Source: Histomonas meleagridis 2922-C6/04-290x
Taxonomy: Eukaryota; Protista; Parabasalia
NCBI GenBank assembly: GCA_020184695.1
Contig: JAANOX010000274.1
Span: 1-38,491, forward strand
Direction of reading: 5' to 3'
Length of the DNA stretch: 38,491 nucleotides
Shown: positions 1 to 12,895 of the stretch, piece after piece
Layout: each line of letters starts with the position of its first letter
How positions within the stretch are numbered: position 1 is the first letter of the stretch
Position numbers and translations under genes: made by a program
Notes under the pieces: model-generated
What the model was told of the DNA's origin: nothing
The model's database searches: none
The model's input: only the letters and a program-made list of their open reading frames with translations

Positions 1-111
1 ACGAGGAATAATACCTTTGACATCCTCCAAAAGAATGGATTCATATGCTGAACAACAATGATTATAATATATCTTGATTTGAATGGATTCAACTGTTGAT
101 GGAACTAACAT
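1..111 (-). CDS. Possible 5' end of an unknown ORF running off the left edge
   Basis: ATG at 111 opens 37 stop-free codons (MLVPSTVESIQIKIYYNHCCSAYESILLEDVKGIIPR) to the window edge; no family recognised. Confidence 0.2.
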   Translation of the reverse strand, partial: MLVPSTVESIQIKIYYNHCCSAYESILLEDVKGIIPR

Positions 112-141
112 TTTTTAATGTTTGTGATCTCTGAATAAGTA

Positions 142-1899
142 AAGTTAGGGATTTATACGTGTCCCATGAATTAAAGTTGTCCCATACGTTTACACTTATA
201 TGTCAGAAATTTTTGAAACAAACATAAATATCTCATTTATTTATTGGTTTTAATTATTTATATATATAAAAATAATTTGAATTATTCTTTTAAGTATAAA
301 TATATATTTAAACTTTGATATCTCATATAGAAAAGTAAAAAAGTGCAATTTAATTATGATTGCAAAAGTTGATTTATTTCATCTTCATCTTAATATTTTG
401 GAGTTTCGTTGCTAATTAAAGTACAACCAGGTGGAAGGTATTCAGAATTCACGATGCCGAATTTGTGTTGCCTTTTCTTTTTGACTTCATCGATTTATAT
501 ATTAAAATACCAAAGTTCATGAAATCCCGGATTCGAAACCAGCTCTTGGGCAACAAATTCAACAACTCTCTTACCAGCAACAGTTTTGATACTTATTCCT
601 TCCCTTCTGAAAGCCCCACGAATGCTAAATGATGTTATGGTCTGCTCGTATGTTTATGATATAACAATGATTGCATTTTCTATTATTTTTTGCTTTCTTC
701 ATATTCAACAGTATTTTTGACTTTTTTAAACACGCCAAATAATGACAAATCAAGGGCTTAAAAATTGTTTGTGGTATGGGAATAAAAACATAAAACAATT
801 ACTTTATTTTCTTTCGGAACTTTTAAAATATCAACGTCACAATGCGCACCAAAAGAATCCATTAATAAAATTGCTTCATACTTTTCAACTTAATATTTTT
901 CTCTTACACATTCGATATATGGAATCAATACATCATTAATATATTAATTAAATAATATAGAATCAACGTAAGGTGAATTTCGAATACGAATAATTACATA
1001 TTCATCTCGTCGTAAACCGTTTTTCCATTAATCATTACTATATAGGTGTTATGTTATTAACATGGGAGTGAGAGCATCACCTGCTGCTGAAACACATGTA
1101 AGGAGTGTCATATGAGTTACTTTTCTTGTTGAGAAATGATTAACATTGTTTGTGTTAATTTTAGCATCAACAAAAACTTTCTCCGGTCTTCGATCTTCCC
1201 AAAATGAAGTTCCTATTTCATCTCAATTAAAAACTGATTCTGTTAACCTTCCATCCACATGTTTATGCATGTTTTGGAAGTGTTCTCTTAAATGCTCTCT
1301 AGGAACTGTCATTCTTGTGTCTTCTTGAGGAAGTGATCTACATTTTTTAATTTTATCTCTATTTCTTAGATAAAATTGATTTATCCATCTTTTTGTTAAA
1401 GATAAATCGAATTTTTATTATAATAAAAGATAATAACTGCATTTGGGTCATCGCATGATTCTCATCAGATGAATCAATAATTGCTTGGACAATTATTTCT
1501 ACTTTATCTTCATCTAATGCTCTATGTCGACCTAAAGGTTTTGGATCTTGTGGGCCGTTTGAGATACTCCTAGATACCGTTTTATGGCACATATTAAAGA
1601 CGAATGCTAGTTGATTAAAAGTGAAGATAACATCATCGAATTCAGATGCATTTTTGTAGAGAAAACAAAGCTGATGATTTTTATATTCTAAGTTCATTCA
1701 GTCAGGATTCATGAATAATGATCGAGTAAATCTTTGAGAAATACCAATAGTATTTAATTTTTGTTTAATTTCATCTAGTGGCATTGCTGGTGTTAATGTT
1801 GACATTGAGAAAAATGAGGTTTTATTAAAGATTATTTATTAACGTATTTTAACGTATGGGACCACTTTGATTCCTGGGACACGTTTAAATCCCTAACTG
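142..1899 (-). mobile_element. Decayed pogo/Tigger-like (Tc1-mariner superfamily) DNA transposon, 1758 bp
   Basis: 49-bp TIRs at 142-190 and 1851-1899 (44/49 identical; right TIR read inward starts CAGTTAGGG), flanked by TA at 140-141 and 1900-1901; internal DDE_1-type transposase remnant. Confidence 0.88.
390..1805 (-). pseudogene. DDE_1 (pogo-like) transposase pseudogene
   Basis: Manual translation across stops and frameshifts: N-terminal HTH-like region (GRHRALDEDKVEIIVQAI), then VFN*DEIG, TLLTCVSAAGDALTPMLI, ILLMDSFGAH and HTTNNF*ALDLSLFGVFKK, matching the three catalytic-Asp motifs; many in-frame stops. Confidence 0.85.
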
Positions 1900-2159
1900 T
1901 AGTTTTAATCAATATTATGGAGCTTCCAGTTGCAATAGTGAAATCCCAAAAGTAATTAAAGATTTTGCAAAGTGACGAGATTAGGCTTATTTATAATTTA
2001 ACATGACATCCAAATGGGATGAGTTAAAAGAGCTTTATCCAAAATGTGACTCATTACTTCATTCGTTTTGTATGAACATTGTTAATATCATTGGACCGGC
2101 GTTACTACTTGTAATAGTACTTATCGATAATAATTATTTTACAATTTGTAATTCTTTGT

Positions 2160-3492
2160 TCATATAAATTGATTTTCTTTGAAATCTTTCGCAAACGGAT
2201 CTTCTTCAATATTACTTAAATTCAAAATATTATTCATTGAAATATCAATATCTTCAAAATTATCTTTCATTGAACTTTCTTCTGTGTTTTCTTTGTGATT
2301 TATATTTTTGTTTTTATTGTGAATTAGGATAATGATAACAATTGTAACAATTATAATAATTACAATACAAACACAAACAATAATAACAATTAGTTTTGTT
2401 TCATTAAGTTCTTTATTTTCTATATTTTCTTCATTTTGATTTAAAATAATATAAAAATCAGAATAATATGAAAAATACATTGAATATTCGATAATTGTAT
2501 AATCATAATAAATAAATGTATTTCCAATATAAGAAAAAGAAGAATCTAAAACAGTCAATGTAATTGAATATGAGAAAATTGTTTGATAAACGATAGTTTG
2601 AGTATTTAAATATGTAAAATATATTGAATGTGTAATTGTTACATTAAATTGCAATGAATTAGTATATGTATTTAATAAAGCAAATGTATTCGAACTAATG
2701 ATCTCTCTCGACGAATACTTTAGTGGATGATATGACTGATGTTGCTGATAAAACACGAGTTTGTGTTTGTGTGCGTGATGTTTGATGATATGTTGTTATC
2801 GATTGTGTAAAGGATATGATATTAGTTTTAGTGTTTATCCTCGTTTGAGTATATGAATTTACATTTGTATATGATGAAACACGAGTATTAGATTCAGTAA
2901 GTGATTCACTCATCGTTTGTGTGTTTGTTTTAATTAATGTATGTGAATCCGTTAGTGTAAGAGATGATGTAAGTGTAAAAGATTCAACATTCGTTGATGT
3001 TTTAGTTGCTATATATGAATATGTTGGTGAATCTTGAATAGTATTAGAATAATATAACATTTGAATTCCTTTCAATGAATTAATATGTTTTAATAAAGGA
3101 CAATTAGAAAACGCACCTGAATCAACATTTAAAATATTACCATGTATTTTAATAGTAGTTAAACAATAGCATGTTGAAAATGCATAAGATCCAATTGAAT
3201 GAACATTTTCGCCAATAGAAACAAAGAATAATTTTGGACATGACGAAAAAGCAAAATCACCGATTGTTTGAACTGATGACCCAATATATACTTCTGTTAA
3301 TTGATTCCATTTCGAATATTCTTTCTTCCTAATCGTTTGAACTTTTTGGTTAATAAATAAATATTTTGTAACATCTTTGTAATTTGTCGAATCACAACTT
3401 TGTTCATTAATTATGAGTGTTTTATTACTTTCTATGAATGATATTTGATGTGAGGCCGAATATAATATTTCGAATATTAAAAAGTTCAGCAT
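2160..3492 (-). CDS. BspA-like (TpLRR/LRR_5) type I surface protein, frameshifted in a (GA)4 tract
   Basis: Hydrophobic N-terminus from ATG 3492, about 3 BspA repeats (IGSSVQTIGDFAFSSC), Thr/Ser-rich stalk, frame change at 2702-2709, TM helix LIVIIVCVCIVIIIIVTIVIIILI, acidic tail with EEDPFAKDFKE. Confidence 0.8.
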
Positions 3493-5195
3493 ATACAATC
3501 TGGATGGCTTTTAATAGCGGTTCTAATGAATTTTGAATAAAATTTAGGGAATCATAATAAAAGCTGATTGCGACCAATAAAGAATTCTGAACTGGTTCCA
3601 AAAATTTGGGTAGGCGGTTATATTGAATTTGAATGAAAATTCGGACTGTAAAAGAATTTTTCCCCTGAACATGAAGTGAATACAGAAAAATTCATAAGGC
3701 ACACAAAAACGATTCAAACCGACTTTTTGTTAGGCCCGAATTTTCATTGAATAGATCGATCTATTCAACACAGAAAATTATCGTTTTTTTTTGAAAGGGC
3801 TTTCTCTTGTTACCACTTTTTGTACGATATCGTTTTGATTCATTGTCCACCATCAATATTTTTAGCAAGCGAAAATATTATTCTAAAATTTCCAATCCTC
3901 GTAAATGATTTAATCACATGAATATTGTGATGATGACTTGACCATCTATTTCTAAAATCGGAGAAGATTTCCTTCCAAAATCAAGAATAAAATGTAATGA
4001 TTAAATTGGTGAGAAACAAAACTACATTTATACTAATTGTGTGGTGGCGCACAAATTTTACCGACAAATCCAAATCTTTTAAGGATCTGATAAAGAATTC
4101 TAATTATTTTGATGTATGTTTTATTACTTTTACTTCACCAGAAAAACGCAAAAAATCATTTATTGTTGGACGGTAGATCGTATTGTGAACATAGATAGGC
4201 CACTGTGCAAAATAATCACATTGGTCAATCTTTCAAAAAAGTAGAATGAAAATAACTCAAAAAAAACTTTCAATTCTGAATATTTTTCTGATATTTTATG
4301 TCAAAAAAAATCCTGAGAGTTGTATATTATAGGCATGTGATTTATTTGCGATTTAATCAATTGACATAATATTCTTAAGAATATATGAAAATCTATTTGT
4401 ATGTGTGAACTTTTATTAAAAGTTTATCATTCTGATAATGAATCATTCCATATGACATTTCTTTCTGAGGTATGTATACCTAATATCACCACTTGTTCAT
4501 GATTCGAAAGAATATGTGATTTTATTATAACAAAATTCTAAAAATAAAATTTGTGCAGTACATAAGGTAATTCCTTCTTTAAAATATATAGAGTATTGTG
4601 AAGAATTACACATTTAAATGTCACATGTTCCATTATTTACTATGTTTATCCTTATTAGAATTGATTACAAATCTTGTGCTAAAACATTAGTTGAATCTGA
4701 GCTTGTATTAACCAAAATTGCTCAAGCTCAGGAAATTCCTGAATCAAATGTAAAGGAAATTATTTTTAATAAATAATTAGTAAATAAATTGTTGTGTGCT
4801 ATATAAAAAAATCAGTTTTTTTTCCTTGGTGTTGAAAGAAATCTAAAAATAATATGTACAACCAATAAAAATTATTCATATCTTTATTGAATCACTGTAT
4901 AATTGAACATTAAATGGAAATATTTCCATTTTTCATTTTATTGGAATTTAATATCGTATAAACAACAAGAAAGGCCCAAATTTTTCAAACAAAATTGTTG
5001 GGCATTTGATATAGCAAAAATAATTTATAAAATGAATAAAGTAAAATATTTTAAAGTTATCAATCTATATGAAAAAAAATTCTAAAAAATCCAAAAATGA
5101 AATGAACATGAAAAATGACATTTTTCACCACTTTTCATTACTTATCGTTATGAGTAATGTATACAAATATTGGTAAAAACCGATGATATTTGATA

Positions 5196-5390
5196 ATGGA
5201 AAAACTTGTGCCAATTATCAATAAACTTCAAGATGTATTTAATACTATAGGAGGACAATTAGTTGATCTTCCACAAATTGTTGTAGTAGGATCACAAAGT
5301 TCAGGTAAATCTTCAGTTTTAGACCAAAGCACCCAAGATGAGTTTGTAGGATTCACATGCACACAAGATAGTACTTTAGATAATCTCTAA
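5196..5390 (+). pseudogene. Truncated dynamin-related protein N-terminal fragment
   Basis: [42 protein letters not shown] is the dynamin N-terminus with the G1 P-loop; similarity stops at about 5324 and the ORF ends at 5390. Confidence 0.8.
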
Positions 5391-5555
5391 ATAATAAACA
5401 AATAATGGATATCTGGTCGGAGAAATGGCATTTTCATTTCCTTTTAAATTTCGTGGCAATAAATAATTCTGAAGAATTAATTTTTACTTTTCAATGAGAG
5501 ATTTTTGTGTAGATTAACTTTTTCATAAATATACCTTTGAAAGTTTATCCATTAG

Positions 5556-6323
5556 ATGGAAACTATAACTATCGAGATAAAGACGCGTGATAGTTCAATA
5601 TGTTCATTGACAGTTTCGGGACAAGCAATGACTTTGGAATTAAAGGAAATTCTTGCAAAGAAAATTAAAATTCCTGAAGATCATATAAACTTGATATTCA
5701 ACGGAAAAATTTTAACAGATGAAATTAGCTTGGGGCATTACGGGATAAAGGATGGTTCAATAATTTACGTTGTTGTATCTCAACCAAAGAAAAAAAGAGT
5801 TAAACCTTCTGAATTATACGAAAGCCTTTGCCGTAGTTTATACAAACTATTGTTTTCTTTTAACCCAAAGAATGATGAACTCCTTGATGAAATTATAGAG
5901 TTACTCGACAAACCTATGCTACAAGCATATTCAAGAATCAACCCTGAGTCTCAAATGCTAATGAAGGAAGCATTGCTGATTGTGTCAAATTTCAAAGAAA
6001 TAGGGTTCTCTTGTATTGTAAATACAATTGCACAATTAAATGATTTCACAATTTCTAAACTTGAACAGACAGCAGAAGGAATAGAAACACTCAAAGACTT
6101 ATTCGGTGTTGACAGTGTTCAAGAAGAATTTGATTTTATTGTTCTTCCAACAAACATTGATTATGAACCTTCAATATCTGAAGAACCTTTACCAAACCCT
6201 TGGAAAACTCAGAAATGGGTACAATGCAATGAAAACTCAGCAGATAATAATGACCCATCACACTCAAAAAGAATTCATCGAAGAAAAATTATCAGCACAT
6301 TAAAAGCAAAATACGCTAGGTAA
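5556..6323 (+). CDS. Ubiquitin-like domain protein, ubiquilin/Dsk2-like, no UBA seen
   Basis: N-terminal UBL (LKEILAKKIKIPEDHINLIFNGKILTDEISLGHYGIKDGSIIYVV) and ubiquilin-type PLPNPW motif. Confidence 0.75.
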   Translation: METITIEIKTRDSSICSLTVSGQAMTLELKEILAKKIKIPEDHINLIFNGKILTDEISLGHYGIKDGSIIYVVVSQPKKKRVKPSELYESLCRSLYKLLFSFNPKNDELLDEIIELLDKPMLQAYSRINPESQMLMKEALLIVSNFKEIGFSCIVNTIAQLNDFTISKLEQTAEGIETLKDLFGVDSVQEEFDFIVLPTNIDYEPSISEEPLPNPWKTQKWVQCNENSADNNDPSHSKRIHRRKIISTLKAKYAR

Positions 6324-6934
6324 GTTTTACCGATGAACTTGAGCCAGGAAATGTATTTAAAAAATTGTTTAATGTTTAATATTTCTTTATTTTGAGAAAA
6401 AGATTTTTAAAATTTTCGAAATAAAAATTAAACGGCTTTACACGCTTCATGTCACTTTTCACACAAAATCAAGTGGCAGGTTAAAATAAACCGTCTGATT
6501 TATCACAATTTTTATTGTGCACAAACCAAAAAGCTCAAATATAGAATGATTCGTTTTTATGTAATATGATTCATATTTTCATCATATCAAAATAAAAATA
6601 AATCATTATTAAAACGATTTGATAATAATCGCATTCATTTGTAAAACGTATTTGCTTAGGTAATAATTAATGGTACTTGAAGTTAGTAAGCCAGTAAAAA
6701 CCAATATTGATTGCATTTAAAAAAAAAATTGAAATTAAAAACAGATGACACTTGCTATTGTAATAAAATCGGAATTTGAAATAGTTCATATAAATCGCAA
6801 ACTGAATTTGAGTACTATTTAAACTCGTTTGCACATGTTTTGGAAAGGTTTTGAACTTGCAGTATTTCTGAATAATTATGATCGTTGTGTATACAATTTT
6901 CTGAAATGTCCCCATTCAAAATTTTGATCCAGCA

Positions 6935-7222
6935 ATGGAAAATTTGGAAAACACTTCAGAATTCTCTAAACTATTTACATATGTAAAAAGTATAATAGAT
7001 GGCTGTTTGTTGTTAAATCAAGAACAAACAAAGAAATTTCATAATCAAATCAAAACTTTTCTCAATATAATTCACAATGAAAGTAATTCCAAACTCATTA
7101 ATCTTTTTATTCTCTCAATTAATGTTTTAGTTAATCAAAATCGAATGTTAATAAATTTTCACAATTTTCAAAAAACTCAAAGTAATTTAATTGATGAAAG
7201 AAATCAGTCAAATATTAACTAG
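6935..7222 (+). CDS. Short hypothetical ORF or gene fragment
   Basis: 95-codon ATG ORF; no recognisable motif. Confidence 0.25.
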   Translation: MENLENTSEFSKLFTYVKSIIDGCLLLNQEQTKKFHNQIKTFLNIIHNESNSKLINLFILSINVLVNQNRMLINFHNFQKTQSNLIDERNQSNIN

Positions 7223-7284
7223 ATAATGTATCTCATAAAAAGGACAAAAAAACATCTGAAGTAAAAAAATCCCAATTTCAATGG

Positions 7285-9777
7285 ATGATAAATATTGAAA
7301 ATATAATATACAATTTAAATAAATCAAATGTTGATATATCCGTTCATAATACAATGAGTTTATTCCGACGATCTTTTCCATACTCATATAATTTAGCAAT
7401 TTGTCGTTTTGTTTATTATTCTTTTATATCAAGAAAAGAAGACTTTAAAGTTTTCTTTGATTATTTAACACAGATCGAAAAAAATGAAAAATTAAAAACA
7501 AAAAGTTCACAAATATTTTCTGTTTTCGGTAATTTTTTTAATTAAATGTAATACACAAGAATCAAATTATCTCCTTCAAAAGTTGATAGAAGAAGAATTA
7601 ATTGATCAAGAAATTGTTCAACATAAAGATTCGTTTTATTTTTGTTATTTTAAAACAAAAGAACAAATTAAAAGAAGTAATACTCTTACACATTATAATC
7701 ATCCACTTTTTTACAAGAAATTCATTAAAAACATTGATGACCTTTCAAAGAATAATTGGAAACTTCATAAGAAATATGTTAAAGAAGGAGTTAATCCAAA
7801 TAAAATATCAAAAATCATTCGAAATGATGAAATCGAAAAACTTCAGAAAATATCATCACAACCAAATTTTGATTTTAACAAAACAATTAAACCATCACTT
7901 TATGAAAGATGTTCATTTATTAATGAAAAAAATGTCTCATTAATTGATTATGCAGCATTTTTTTCTGCAGAAAAATGTTTTAAATATTTACTTATGAATG
8001 ATGCAAATGTAAATAACACAGGTAAATATGCAATTGCATGTGGAAACTTAGAAATTATTTATTTATGTGAACAGAATCATACGAAATTTGAAGATGTTTA
8101 TGAAACAGCAATTAAATTCCAAACTTAGAAATGATGTTTTTCATTATTTCTATGAAAAAAATATTATAAAAATTTATTGGAACTGTATTAGGAATTAAAT
8201 GTATAAAGTATAATAATTTTGAATTTTTTTCATTTTTAGAAAATGAAGGAATGAAAATTAATTGTTCAATGTTAGAAAATGCTGCATTAACAGGATATAT
8301 ATTTCTTGTATTGTATTTACAATATAAAAGTAATATTAAAATTAATATCTTTGACTCGGTTTATGCAGGAAATTTATAATTATTAAAACATACTGTTCAA
8401 CATAAGGAAATAGATATCAATATGAAAAACATAAATTAATTATTTTTCGTATTTATTCCGATTAACTAATGTGTTAAATCATTGATTTGGCTTTTCTTTT
8501 CTTAGTTTCAAACAGCACTTATGTATGCATCTGAAAATGATTATGTTGATATAGTTAAATTACTTTTAGAACAAAAAGGAATTAATATTAACGAAGCAAA
8601 TATATATTTACTATATTTAATATCAGTTAAAATAATTTTTAATTTGTTTTTATAATTTGGTGCTTATTCCAATGATTTGAAACAGCACTTATGTATGCAA
8701 CTGATAATGGATATATTGAAGTAGTTAAATCACTACTACAGCAAAAAGAAATAAATATTAATCAAACAAATGTTTATATGTTAAATTCGATATTTATTTG
8801 AATATTTTTTTTATTTGTTTTATTCATTTGGAATTTAATTCCTTCATTCGAAACATCACTTATATATGCAACTAAAAATAATTATTTAGAAATTGTTAAA
8901 TTACATCTCAAACAAAAAGATATTAATACTAATATAAAAGATGTTTATTAGAACAATTTGATAATCATTATAATAATTTAATGTTTATTTTATATGTTTG
9001 ATTTTTATTATAATCATTTTATACAGCATTTATGTACGCAGCTGAAAATGGAAATCTTCAAATTGTCAAATTATTAATTGAACAAAATGAAAATAATATT
9101 AATGAAAAAAATATTTATTATAAAAATTTTGGATATATTTAAATCCTTTTGCATTTATGTTAGATATTTAAAACAGCACTTATGAATGCTGCTGAAAATG
9201 GTTATTTTGAAATTGTTAAAAAACTTCTTGAACAAAAAGAAATTAATGTTAATATAAAAAACATTTTTTTACTTTATTTGATAACAATATTTATTTTATT
9301 TATTTGGAATTCATTTTAATGATATAAAACAGCACTTATTTATGCTGCTGAAAATGATCATATTGATATTGTTCGTTTACTTCTTGAACAAGACGATATT
9401 GATATTAATATAAAAGATATTTAATTTTTTTAACATAATATTTATTATAGTAAATTAATATTTATCATTTAAATTTAACATTTATTTAAATGATTTGAAA
9501 CAGCACTTCTTATTGCATATGAAAATAATTACATTGATATCGTTAAGTTACTTCTTGATCAGAAAGGAATTGATGTTAATGCTCATAATGATTAATTATT
9601 TAATTTCGTATCTATTATAATAATTATGGGTTTGTTTTGTTAATTTGGAATTCATTTTAATGATATAAAACAGTACTTATGTATGCTGCGGAGAAAAATC
9701 ACTTTGATAATGTTAAATTACTTCTGAAACATAAATTTGAATTTAAATTCATAATTGTAACAATGTTACTAACATAG
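7285..9777 (+). pseudogene. DUF3447-ankyrin locus A with 8 spacer-interrupted ankyrin repeats
   Basis: Collinear with locus B; DUF3447-type motifs LIDYAAFFSAEKCFKYL and YAIACGNLEIIYLCEQ; frameshifts (T7 at 7533-7539, about 8122, about 8175) and in-frame TAA at 8377; 90-nt ankyrin modules start at 8512, 8682, 8853, 9023, 9173, 9329, 9500, terminal module at 9670. Confidence 0.8.
8431..9669 (+). repeat. Array of 90-nt ankyrin module plus spacer (about 170-nt period), locus A
   Basis: Spacer lengths 81, 80, 81, 80, 60, 66, 81, 80 nt; all seven internal modules are exactly 30 stop-free codons. Confidence 0.9.
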
Positions 9778-10037
9778 GTGCAATCACTATGGGTTACATA
9801 AATTTGTTATATTGTTTTGTGTTCCAATCATAAATTCAATAAAATAATCTTTATATGTTTTGAATCTATTTCGTTGTTTTTGTATTATAAATGATAATTA
9901 ACAGTATTATTTGATCTATATGTTAGTAGAACAATGGTTGATGTTGTATGGGTTACCGTGATCAAATTTTAATTTTGTTCCTTTCCTAAAATTAACTTGT
10001 CAACGAAGTTTGTGAACTTTTAAAGCGTGCCATTTTA

Positions 10038-12440
10038 ATGGATGAATTTTGGAGAAATATTGGATTTCTTTCAAGTATAAACGAAAATGAATTTTTATCC
10101 GCAACCAATTTTTTCCGAGAATCAATCCAAAATTTTTCATATGGAGAAATTCTTTTTTCTATATTAAATAGTAATGATATTAATTTTCAAACAAAAATTT
10201 TTGCAGCAAATCTTTTGAAGCAATGGTTACACATTCAAATAAAAAATACAAATATAGATCAAATTTTGAATATTAAAAATCATTTGATTGATATGATATT
10301 TCATGATAATCCTTCATACTTCATATTATTTGATATAATTCTTAATATCACAATTTACTTGAAAGGACATTCAGAAGTAAATCAAATTTTAGCAATATTT
10401 TTTCAAGAAAATACATTTCGTTCAAATCAATATCAAAAATTCAAAATTTTATTTATATATGAAATCATGAAAGCTAATGAAGAATACATTAATTTTAATG
10501 AGTTATATCCTTTTTTCTTTAATTATTTTTCAAGTTTTCTTGTGAATATTGATAATAACATAACTTTTTTTCTTTATCTCCTAAAAACTTTTTGTATATT
10601 TTTTTATCATATAAATATTGGTAATGATCATTTACTTATGTTAATAAAATTAATTTTTGAAATATTAACTAAAAATTATATAAATGATTCACATTTAATT
10701 GGATATAATTGTCGATTATTTCTTTCGTTATATAAAAATCGAAATTATTCCGATTTCATAATGCAATTTATACCACAATTTATAAATATTTTAGTTACAT
10801 TAACAACATTTTATCTTAACGATGATTATATTTTATTCCAAATATTACATTGTTTTCATATATTTTATATATCACCAAATATTTTAGAGTTATGTTTTAA
10901 AGTTGTTGAATTAACACAACAAAACATTTCCGATTTTAATGATAATCCTTTCATATTTTATTATGAAATATATTCTTCGTTTTCTACTAAAACTATTAAT
11001 CCTCGAAATTATATACATTGTATAATTAAGGAAATTATTATGCAAAACCCAAATTTATTAAATGTTTTGTTGAATTTGCCTTTTAATGAGCCTTCGTTAA
11101 GAATTATGTCGAATTTGTTTGATTTGTTTTTAAAATATAACTTAAAAAATGAGTTTCATGTTTGGTGTTTAAATGCTATTTCTAACTGCTTGAAAAATGA
11201 AATTGAAATTTCTTCTGCTTTAAATTTGATTTATCGTGTGAATATTATTTTTGAGAGTTTTGAAGAAATTAATAAAATTAAAGAGTTAATTTTCTTGGTA
11301 AAAAACTCAAATAATATAATTATAAATATTTTTATTTGTAAATTAATAAGAATAAATAATTTCTTTATTGAAGAGTTTGTTCCTCATTTAATCACATTTT
11401 TGCCTTTTGATTTAACTAATAATACATTAAAAACATTAAAAGTAATAATAAAAGCACAAAATAATTCGTTTCATAATTATTATTCTTTTTTAATTCCACA
11501 AATAATAAAAATGTTTTCAATTAAAATTTTAGAGTATAAAAATAGTTATAATGAAGATATATTACAACATATTATATATTTTATAGAAATTATTAATAAT
11601 TTTATTGAGCATATCGAAATATTAAAAGAATTATTTCCATTAATCATTGAATTAATTCATTTCGAAGTTGATGATGAAAATTATTGGGAAACATTATCGA
11701 ATTTATTATTAAATATTATCAAAAACAAAAACTTTTCAAATGAAATATTTAATGAACTAATTATAACATTACAAAGCAATCAAACTTTTATTGATAATTT
11801 CGAATATACATATTTACCAATTATTAGTTTCATATCATGTTCACCTGAAATGTTTTTAACTTTTGATATTTCGAATTTGTTGTGTTTTCTATGTTTTAAT
11901 ATTCTTGAGAACTATTCGACATGTGTTCTTTATTGTTGTGATATAATATCTTTTATAATACAAATTGATCAAAGAATTGATCCAAAAATAATTATCGAAC
12001 AAATTCAAAGTATAATACAAAGTATTAATGAAACGCCAATTTTGCAAATTGGTATTGTCGAAATATTTTCATCGATTATATATCGATTTAATTATAATTT
12101 CGATATAAATTTGTTTTTCCAAATAATTGATTCGAATTATTTAATTAGACTTTATGATAAGCGTTTAGTAGAAATTGCGTTGTTTAAACTTTCGGATAAT
12201 TATCCAAATTTAAAATATCAAATTTTTGAAAAAATTATTTTGTTGTTAGAAAGTGAAAAAGAACAAAAATTAAATCAAATTAATGAGGTAAATATACCAA
12301 TTTCGATAATAGAGACAGCAAAGGAATATCCGTTTTTGGCACCAATTCAATCTGTAGAATTTATTTCGTATTTAATGGAAAAAATTCAAATGTTTCCTGA
12401 ACTAGAAAATAGACTTAGAAATATAATAAATTATATATAA
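10038..12440 (+). CDS. Divergent importin-beta-family / HEAT-repeat protein (800 aa)
   Basis: Intact long ORF; N-terminus resembles IBN_N (ILFSILNSNDINFQTKIFAANLLKQWL); FNDNPFIFYYE...NPRNY resembles the importin-7/8/11 mid region; helical composition. Confidence 0.55.
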   Translation: MDEFWRNIGFLSSINENEFLSATNFFRESIQNFSYGEILFSILNSNDINFQTKIFAANLLKQWLHIQIKNTNIDQILNIKNHLIDMIFHDNPSYFILFDIILNITIYLKGHSEVNQILAIFFQENTFRSNQYQKFKILFIYEIMKANEEYINFNELYPFFFNYFSSFLVNIDNNITFFLYLLKTFCIFFYHINIGNDHLLMLIKLIFEILTKNYINDSHLIGYNCRLFLSLYKNRNYSDFIMQFIPQFINILVTLTTFYLNDDYILFQILHCFHIFYISPNILELCFKVVELTQQNISDFNDNPFIFYYEIYSSFSTKTINPRNYIHCIIKEIIMQNPNLLNVLLNLPFNEPSLRIMSNLFDLFLKYNLKNEFHVWCLNAISNCLKNEIEISSALNLIYRVNIIFESFEEINKIKELIFLVKNSNNIIINIFICKLIRINNFFIEEFVPHLITFLPFDLTNNTLKTLKVIIKAQNNSFHNYYSFLIPQIIKMFSIKILEYKNSYNEDILQHIIYFIEIINNFIEHIEILKELFPLIIELIHFEVDDENYWETLSNLLLNIIKNKNFSNEIFNELIITLQSNQTFIDNFEYTYLPIISFISCSPEMFLTFDISNLLCFLCFNILENYSTCVLYCCDIISFIIQIDQRIDPKIIIEQIQSIIQSINETPILQIGIVEIFSSIIYRFNYNFDINLFFQIIDSNYLIRLYDKRLVEIALFKLSDNYPNLKYQIFEKIILLLESEKEQKLNQINEVNIPISIIETAKEYPFLAPIQSVEFISYLMEKIQMFPELENRLRNIINYI

Positions 12441-12895
12441 ACAACACATATTTTATTAAATTCTTTTATTTTTTTAGGTGTTGCGTGTGTATGTTACACT
12501 AATTTGATGGGATATATGATACGGATGCTTTTGTGCGATGCTTTTGTCTTTGTAATATTTTCATTAACACTTTGTGTTACACACATTAAACTCGAGACAA
12601 CAGATCGATTAATTTTTCAGCCGAGGAACATTATTAAGGGGAATTACGACATTTTAAAATGTTGTTTTCATGATTACATCATAAGTGAAATTAATAAAAT
12701 TTTCATTATTTATTGAATATATCTCACAGACGATAAATTACATGTTTATTTCACACACAAAACGTATTATCGAATGTTCTTATTTTATTTTAATGCGACG
12801 CTGATTTTGCATTGAAATAATTCGTTGATGTGAACTGAAATGATGCTGACGAAAAACAAATAAAATCAATTTATACTTTTTATTCTAAAAATATT

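Noticed and set aside
4440-4780. Possible degraded coding remnant containing a GTATGT donor-like hexamer
   Set aside because: There are several stops, no recognisable family and no matching 3' splice signal.
8431-9669. Spacers as canonical GT-AG or U12 AT-AC introns
   Set aside because: Only a minority start with GT. Splicing to the ACAG or AC at the module start puts the next module out of frame, and there is no conserved ACTAAC branch point or ATATCCTT donor.
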